DNA of 60,897 bases, the filler included. It is 4 parts of 4 records of this genome, joined end to end, with 100 filler letters (N's around TTAATTAATTAA, not from the genome) between each part and the next. Parts side by side here need not be neighbours in the genome. Positions count along the whole stretch, not along the records: positions 50,205 to 60,897 come from DRR378314_2371; 3 more parts are not named here. One strand, given 5' to 3'. Position numbers and translations under genes: made by a program. The notes under the pieces were generated by a model. The model saw only the letters and a program-made list of their open reading frames with translations, was not told where the DNA came from and made no database searches. Shown here one piece after another: positions 54,701 to 60,897 of this stretch. Every line of letters starts with the position of its first letter. Positions within the stretch are counted from its first letter, which is position 1.

Positions 54701-55137
54701 TTAGTTACATGCTAATTTTGCTTGTTGTTTACAAGCCTGTTCAGCCTGCTCAATAGATTCACCACCCATACAAAAATCCAACCTTAAGATTCTCTTTTCT
54801 GGAGCCGTCACTGTTGCTGCAGGTACCCACTCCCATTTTTCAACATTTTGCGAGAATATTTACCTATGTGCTTATTAGGCAATGTATTAATAACCTCAAC
54901 ATTCTCAGTTTTTCCCGAATCAGTGATATCAAAGGCCAAAACAGCGCAGCCTCTTAACCCTGAACGAGCTAGCTCAACTGGATATTTAGGCGTATTTTGA
55001 TTTTCTCGTTGCCAAATAAAGTCACTGGTAGGGTCTACATTTGTAACCTGTATGTCTGCATAAGTAGTTTTATTTTTAGCTACTGCACCTGTACTGGCAA
55101 AGGCTAAGAAAACAGGGATTAATAAAGAAACTTTCAT
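54701..55137 (-). pseudogene. TonB C-terminal-domain protein with a 1-nt frameshift
   Basis: Signal peptide, PKYP..LAR..LRG.AVLAFDI..SGK; one extra A in the A5 run (54836-54840) restores KKWEWVP...LDFC...CN* ending at 54701. Confidence 0.75.
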
Positions 55138-55349
55138 ATACACTCCATTGTTGGAATATCCACATAACAACCTGCCCTATCTCATTTTGACGACTGATAA
55201 CAACACCTTGTGTCAGTTAATAGCGCCATCAGACAACAGCACTGTTTCTAGCACCAAAGACTATGCCGCAGGTAGTTTTAACCTTAAATTCATCACTAAG
55301 AGACAATAATATATAGCAACGCCAAGCCAATGAGGGCCCTCTACGTGCT

Positions 55350-55727
55350 TTACTTAAAAAAGATCGTCTGAGTGAAATACACAGGAATGTTTTGGGTATT
55401 GGATTCAGCAGGAATAAAATCTTGTTTTGACATCGCTTCAACCCCGGCATTATCCCATAGACCTTCAGGTACTGATTCGATGATTTCAGGGTCAAATGTG
55501 TTGCCATTGGAGTCTATGAGAAAACGTAAAGTAACATGCCCTTCTTCAAGTTTTTTTGGTGCTCGTCTTAGAGGTAAATTAACACTAAATTGTTTATTTT
55601 TTAGTACCCAGTATTTACCAACATTGTCATTGGTTACCTCTACTGGCTTTTGGTTTAAAGCCACTTCAGGGGTTGAAGTACAACCTAAAACCAAGATTGA
55701 AAAGAAAATAAGTAAGAGTGTTTTCAT
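55350..55727 (-). CDS. TonB C-terminal-domain lipoprotein
   Basis: Lipobox LVLGC, EGHVTLRFLIDSNG...IIES.P..WD.A..AM....F.PA. Confidence 0.78.
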   Translation of the reverse strand: MKTLLLIFFSILVLGCTSTPEVALNQKPVEVTNDNVGKYWVLKNKQFSVNLPLRRAPKKLEEGHVTLRFLIDSNGNTFDPEIIESVPEGLWDNAGVEAMSKQDFIPAESNTQNIPVYFTQTIFFK

Positions 55728-56049
55728 AAAATATCCCTATATGTTTAATTTAAATGAGTACATAAATTTTTCGTCTGCGACATATACAGTTCTATCAACC
55801 GATAAATATCTATATATGACAACATATTAACATTATCCATTAAATGCATTTTTGTAAACAATTAGTTAATTATGATTCAGCGCTATGGGTTCTAACACTC
55901 GTAACTGAGGGATGGTAACTATCATATTTAATAAAACCAAATGAGCCAAACTGACAGCCTAAATTACAATAATAAGTAACGGTGCTATTATCGCTCATAT
56001 AGCGGGGTAAGATTAACTCAAACTTGTAAAGCTATATGAGCAGATATTA

Positions 56050-56943
56050 TTACGGCACGCTGTGCCCTGTAGAGCCCTGCCAAATTCGGTACCACTGCTC
56101 GCGGGTTAGTTTTAACTGCTTGGCGGCTACTGCCGATTCAATACGTTTAATGTTGCCAGTACCGAGCACTACCGATGGCGCGCTTGGGTGCATTAGTAAC
56201 CATGCGTAAACCACTTGATCAATCGAACTTGCGCCAATTTCACTCGCAACTTGCTCAAGCACATGGCGTAAACGTATTGCTTTTTCATCGCTGTCTGAAA
56301 ACAAACGCCCGCCAGCAAGCGGCGACCAAAACATGGGGTTGATATCCAGGAGCTGACATTGATCAAGCGTACCATCATCAAGGGCTTTCATTTCATAGGG
56401 TGAGCATTCAATCTGGTTAGTCACTAAGTCAAAATCAAGCCGTGACTGCAATAGGCTCAATTGTGAAGGGGTAAAGTTTGACACGCCAAATTCCAACACA
56501 TCACCATTTTGCTTTAAGGTATTAAAGGCGTGTGCCATTTCATCGGCATGCATTAAATAATCAGGACGATGGATTAGCAATACATCTAATCGGTCTGTAT
56601 TAAAGTGCTTAAGTGATTGCTGCGCAGAGGCAATAATGTGTTGTGCACTTGAGTCATAGTGATTGGCTTTCCCCTCAAGACCTAAACCAGGAAACGCGGG
56701 TTTAATACCACACTTAGTAATTATTTTGATGTCATCACGAATACTTGGCTTTAATGCCAAGGCTTTACCAAACTCTGCCTCGCAACCATATTGTCCGTAA
56801 ATATCGGCGTGATCAGTCTCTTTTATACCCGCTTCAATCGCTTGCTCGAGAAAAGTTAAGCATTGCTGCGGTGAAATTTGCCAATCAAGTAATCGCCAAA
56901 ACCCCAGAACTAATTCATCTATTTTTCGCTCAGTGCTGATCAT
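56050..56943 (-). CDS. Aldo/keto reductase (YdhF-like)
   Basis: DHADIYG, TKCGI, LLIHRPD, GVSNF, NQIE, WSPLAGG; likely start ATG 56943. Confidence 0.92.
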   Translation of the reverse strand: MISTERKIDELVLGFWRLLDWQISPQQCLTFLEQAIEAGIKETDHADIYGQYGCEAEFGKALALKPSIRDDIKIITKCGIKPAFPGLGLEGKANHYDSSAQHIIASAQQSLKHFNTDRLDVLLIHRPDYLMHADEMAHAFNTLKQNGDVLEFGVSNFTPSQLSLLQSRLDFDLVTNQIECSPYEMKALDDGTLDQCQLLDINPMFWSPLAGGRLFSDSDEKAIRLRHVLEQVASEIGASSIDQVVYAWLLMHPSAPSVVLGTGNIKRIESAVAAKQLKLTREQWYRIWQGSTGHSVP

Positions 56944-57097
56944 TATTTCTGCCTCATTCCATTTATTATTCAATTAAAACCCGCACGTTAATAGGTTGTT
57001 ACATTATTGTCGTGTGCAGATACTGATTATGCTTTATTCTACCTACATAATAAGGTATTAATAGCCTTAAGATTTGTACCTACAAGGAATAATAATA

Positions 57098-57808
57098 ATG
57101 AAATCAACCAATGCCCTGTCTGCGTGTGTCGATATTTTTATCACACCGACTAAAGCCTTCAATGGCCTAAAAGAAGCCAAAGGCTGGTCTTGGCTTGCGT
57201 TTGCACTGATTGTAACGGCACTTGTTGCCAGTAGTTATTTGTTTTACAGCAAAGCTGATCCGCAATTTCTATTAGAACAACAAGTCGCCGCGGCCACGGT
57301 TGATGCCACCATTGGCGAAAAAAAGATGATTCGTCAAAGTATTGAACAAGGGATTGATCACCAAGTTTGGTTTGCTATTGGTGGGGGGATTTTCGGTATT
57401 ATTTTTATTAACGCACTTATTTCTGGTTATTACTTATTAGTGTCAAAACAAGACCCTGAAGCAAATTACAGCTATGGTGCATGGTATGGGTTTGGTTTTT
57501 GGGCCATGATGCCGATGATTATTTCAAGCTTAGGTGTTATTGCCTTAGTGTTGACGGCAAGCACCAATGAACTTTCAATCAATTTATTTAATTACGCCTC
57601 AGTAAATCAATTACTACTTGGCTTAGAGCTAGGTCACCCGTTTTATACCATGACTGAAAGCTTAAGTATTTTTAGTCTTTGGGGCATTGCTTTAGCGGCT
57701 ATTGGCTTAAAGTGCTGGACTAATTTTAGCTTCAATAAAGCACTTCTGTTTGCAGCTCTGCCAAGCGTTGTAATCTACGGAATATGGACTGTGATAGCCT
57801 TCGTTTAA
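57098..57808 (+). CDS. Yip1-family membrane protein
   Basis: IFITPTKAF..L....W N-terminal motif, five hydrophobic segments. Confidence 0.75.
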   Translation: MKSTNALSACVDIFITPTKAFNGLKEAKGWSWLAFALIVTALVASSYLFYSKADPQFLLEQQVAAATVDATIGEKKMIRQSIEQGIDHQVWFAIGGGIFGIIFINALISGYYLLVSKQDPEANYSYGAWYGFGFWAMMPMIISSLGVIALVLTASTNELSINLFNYASVNQLLLGLELGHPFYTMTESLSIFSLWGIALAAIGLKCWTNFSFNKALLFAALPSVVIYGIWTVIAFV

Positions 57809-57855
57809 AAGTGCGTGGGTAATTAACGTTACCCACAAAACACACGGAAATAACA

Positions 57856-59019
57856 ATGAAAAAAGCCATTATCATCATCCTTGCGATTGCTGCGTTTGTC
57901 GCATTAATTGTGTCAAAGCAAATCACCGGCAATAAAGATGCACCAGAAGTTAATATCGCACTGGTTGAACAAGGCAGTATTGCCGACTCTATTTTAGCCT
58001 CGGGTAACTTAGTGTTTAATACGCAAGTACAACTGCGTTCTGAAGTAACTGGACGCGTTGACAAAGTGTTTGTAGAAGAAGGTCAAAGTGTGAAGCAAGG
58101 CGATATTTTAATGCGCCTAGATACCACCGCATTTGAGTCTGAAGTCAATCGTAATAAAGCGGTTTTACGTGCCAGTGAAATAGAAATTAAGCACAGTAAA
58201 ACAAGGCTACAAAATATTGAGCGCCAGTTAAAACGCCAAAAAGAACTCTATGATGTTGGCCTTGCAGGACAAGAAGTGTATGAAAACCTACAAAATGCCC
58301 GTGACCTTGCCAAAATTGATATAGAAGCACGCGGTGAGGCCTATAACCAAGCTAAGGCGTCACTGTCGATTGCTGAAGACAGGCTCAGTAAAAGCGTTTT
58401 TCGCGCCCCAATGAGTGGTTTATTAGCCTCGGTTAATATTAAAGAAGGCGAAACGGTCATAGCGGGCACCACCAATATTATTGGCTCTGACTTAATGCTG
58501 GTTGCCGATCCAAGCGCTATTTTGGCAGAGCTCAGGGTTGATGAAACCGATATTGCAGGCATCAAACTTGATCAACATACCGATATTTATGCCGCTGCCT
58601 ACCCGAACCAACCTTTCACAGGCAAAGTGATTAACATCGGCACTTCGGCTAAAAATCAGCCTGGCTCTCAGGGCTTATCATTTAGAGTAAAAGTACTACT
58701 TGATAATACCGACAGACAACTTTACGCCGGCATGAGCTGCCGTGCGGAAATTGCGACTAGTATTGCTGTTGATGGTTTAAAACTCCCCATAGAAGCAGTA
58801 CAAAAAGAAGATGATAAATTTTTTGTATGGCGTTTAAACGACGATAACACAGTAAGCAAAGCGTATGTCGAAGTGGGAATTTCATCCGACATAGAGCAAG
58901 CCATAACCAAAGGTTTAACAAAAGGTGAGCGCGTTGTTATTGGCCCTGCTCGTCCAGTCAGTAAGCTAAAAGAAAACGATACCGTAAAAGTAAAACAGCC
59001 TATTGCTGAGGATGCGTAA
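57856..59019 (+). CDS. Efflux membrane-fusion (periplasmic adaptor) protein, MacA/YknX-like
   Basis: N-terminal TM, SEVTGRV..V.V.EGQ.VKQGD, APMSG, VDETDI, GMS. Confidence 0.92.
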   Translation: MKKAIIIILAIAAFVALIVSKQITGNKDAPEVNIALVEQGSIADSILASGNLVFNTQVQLRSEVTGRVDKVFVEEGQSVKQGDILMRLDTTAFESEVNRNKAVLRASEIEIKHSKTRLQNIERQLKRQKELYDVGLAGQEVYENLQNARDLAKIDIEARGEAYNQAKASLSIAEDRLSKSVFRAPMSGLLASVNIKEGETVIAGTTNIIGSDLMLVADPSAILAELRVDETDIAGIKLDQHTDIYAAAYPNQPFTGKVINIGTSAKNQPGSQGLSFRVKVLLDNTDRQLYAGMSCRAEIATSIAVDGLKLPIEAVQKEDDKFFVWRLNDDNTVSKAYVEVGISSDIEQAITKGLTKGERVVIGPARPVSKLKENDTVKVKQPIAEDA

Positions 59020-59021
59020 AA

Positions 59022-59729
59022 ATGTCGGCGGTTATTAGGCTTGAACATATCAACAAACAATACAAAATGGGTGAGCAAATATTTAAAGCACTCGATGATG
59101 TAAACGTTGTTATTGATGAAAATGAATATGTGGCGATCATTGGTCCGTCCGGCTCAGGTAAATCTACTTTAATGAATTTACTCGGCTGTTTAGACACGCC
59201 AACCAGTGGCGATTACTTTTTAAAAGATAAACTTGTAAAAAGCATGACTGAGACGGAGCTAGCGCATCAGCGTAATGAAAGCGTGGGGTTTATATTTCAG
59301 AGCTTTAATTTATTGCCTCGCGCCTCTGCGCTTGAAAATGTGATGCAACCGCTGGTGTATCGCTTTATACCCGCTAAACAACGTAAACAAAAAGCGCTTG
59401 AGGCTCTCAAACGTGTAGGACTCGGTGATAAAGTTGACCATCTATCCAGCCAGTTGTCGGGAGGTCAACGCCAGCGAGTTGCCATTGCACGAGCGCTAGT
59501 GACTAAACCGCACATTTTATTAGGTGATGAACCAACTGGTAATCTCGACAGTAAAACCACCACTGAGATCATGGCGTTGTTTGATGAGCTGCATAACGAA
59601 GGCCACACCATTATTTTAGTAACTCACGAACAAGACATTGCCGATCATTGCCAGCGGGTGATTCGTTTAGTGGACGGAAAAGTTGTCAGTGATGTGCGCA
59701 AAGGCGAAGGAGATAAACAGCATGTTTAA
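59022..59729 (+). CDS. ABC transporter ATP-binding protein (MacB/LolD family)
   Basis: [29 protein letters not shown]. Confidence 0.95.
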   Translation: MSAVIRLEHINKQYKMGEQIFKALDDVNVVIDENEYVAIIGPSGSGKSTLMNLLGCLDTPTSGDYFLKDKLVKSMTETELAHQRNESVGFIFQSFNLLPRASALENVMQPLVYRFIPAKQRKQKALEALKRVGLGDKVDHLSSQLSGGQRQRVAIARALVTKPHILLGDEPTGNLDSKTTTEIMALFDELHNEGHTIILVTHEQDIADHCQRVIRLVDGKVVSDVRKGEGDKQHV

Positions 59730-60897
59730 ATCTGCTATAGCCATTATGGAAGGCACCAAAGCGGCGCTTATGGCTATAAAAGCCAACGCCATGCGAAGTG
59801 CGCTCACCTGCTTAGGCATCATTATTGGTGTGGCGGCAGTGATCACTGTGGTTGCCGTTATGCAAGGTTTTACCAAACAAATAAACGACCAGTTAGCTGA
59901 CATGGCACCTGATGTTACTTCTATAAAACCATTTACCAGTATTGAAAAAGAAATGGTTGGTCAAAACGCAAAGCTCACCTACAGCGATTTTTTAACCTTA
60001 AAAGCCCGAGTAAAAGAAGCCGAAACATTGACCGCCTTAATGTTTACATGGCGTTTTTCTGGTGGCGCTGAGTATGGTAATAAAAGCCATTCATCACGCG
60101 TGATGGGCACTGAACAAGATTACCAAAAAGCATATCGCACATTCCCTGAACTCGGTCGTTTTATTCGCGCTGAAGATGATGAAAAACGCCGCCGCGTTGC
60201 GTTTATCGGCCCTTCAATTATAGAAAAATTAAACCTTCCTAAAAACCCTGTGGGTGAATACATAAAGCTTGGCGGTGAATGGTTTCGAATTATTGGCGTT
60301 GCTGAAAAACAAGGCAGTTTGCTGGGGTTTGATCAAGACGATTATATTAATATTCCTATCAGTACCATGAGCGCACTTGAAGGGGCTAGCAGTAACAGCA
60401 ACGTGCAAATTATGTTTAGGTTAAAAGAAAACAGTGACGAAGAGTTAGTGCTTGCCAAAATTACCCGAATTTTGCGTCAACTGCATAAACTAGAAGACGG
60501 TGAAGAAAACGATTTTGAGTTTGAAACCGCTGAGAAAGCCCGCGCTAACGTGGATAAATTTACCGGCAGTGCTACTGCAATTACAGCTGGTATAGTCGGT
60601 ATTAGTTTAGTCGTAGGTGGTATTGGTGTAATGAACATTATGCTGGTCTCGGTGACCGAACGCACCCGTGTGATAGGCACGCTGAAAGCACTGGGGGCGA
60701 CTCCTGGTTTTATCATGCTACAGTTTTTAGTTGAAGCCGTGGTGTTATCACTCTTTGGCGGGTTAATTGGTCTTGCTATTGGCTATGGCGCCGCTGCGCT
60801 TATTTCACTCTCTGTGCCGAGCATGCCTGATGCGTATATACCTGGTTGGGCGATTATGCTGTCGTTTGGGTTTACATCGTTAATTGGGATAGTATTT
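59722..60897 (+). CDS. MacB-family ABC permease (runs off the window end; absent from the ORF track)
   Basis: Reads MFKSA...[17 protein letters not shown]... and ...[33 protein letters not shown]. Confidence 0.92.
   Translation, partial: MFKSAIAIMEGTKAALMAIKANAMRSALTCLGIIIGVAAVITVVAVMQGFTKQINDQLADMAPDVTSIKPFTSIEKEMVGQNAKLTYSDFLTLKARVKEAETLTALMFTWRFSGGAEYGNKSHSSRVMGTEQDYQKAYRTFPELGRFIRAEDDEKRRRVAFIGPSIIEKLNLPKNPVGEYIKLGGEWFRIIGVAEKQGSLLGFDQDDYINIPISTMSALEGASSNSNVQIMFRLKENSDEELVLAKITRILRQLHKLEDGEENDFEFETAEKARANVDKFTGSATAITAGIVGISLVVGGIGVMNIMLVSVTERTRVIGTLKALGATPGFIMLQFLVEAVVLSLFGGLIGLAIGYGAAALISLSVPSMPDAYIPGWAIMLSFGFTSLIGIVF

Overview
This window is not one replicon. It is four unrelated contig pieces joined by artificial N-TTAATTAATTAA-N spacers (19447-19546, 34610-34709, 50105-50204). 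Taxonomic calls are inferred from GC content, gene content and protein style, not from a database search. (A) 1-19446 is a high-GC gammaproteobacterium (Alcanivorax-like). It holds the 3' part of tRNA-Leu(TAA), then a tightly packed run of 16 co-oriented genes: a hybrid histidine kinase with a methyl-accepting-like coiled coil, CheR, a single-domain receiver, CheB, a REC-PAS-PilZ protein, type II secretion gspEFGHIJKLM, a DUF1461/Lit-like membrane protein, and a PEP-synthase/rifampin-phosphotransferase-like protein lacking its phospho-His. A ~200 bp nested palindrome with heptamer arms and a partial metH follow. (B) 19547-34609 is a Halomonas-like housekeeping region: tRNA-Phe fragment, yggX, mutY, asmA, panZ-like, hisBHAF, Pseudomonas-type PagP-like barrel, DUF416, a Cys-less glutamine amidotransferase-like protein, selU/selD, radA, NlpE-like lipoprotein, hisC. 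(C) 34710-50104 is a low-GC Flavobacteriaceae piece: mfd, a TonB-dependent receptor/DtxR-MntR/ZIP metal locus with a palindromic operator, AddA-like helicase-nuclease, kbl, OmpA with TSP3 repeats, atpD. (D) 50205-60897 is Pseudoalteromonas-like: ERIC-like repeat end, peptidases, small accessory genes including a frameshifted TonB-C protein, aldo-keto reductase and a Yip1-MFP-ABC-permease exporter. The best candidate for an under-described system is the signalling-T2SS-Lit-pseudoenzyme operon in piece A. I saw no CRISPR array, transposase, integrase or phage gene.
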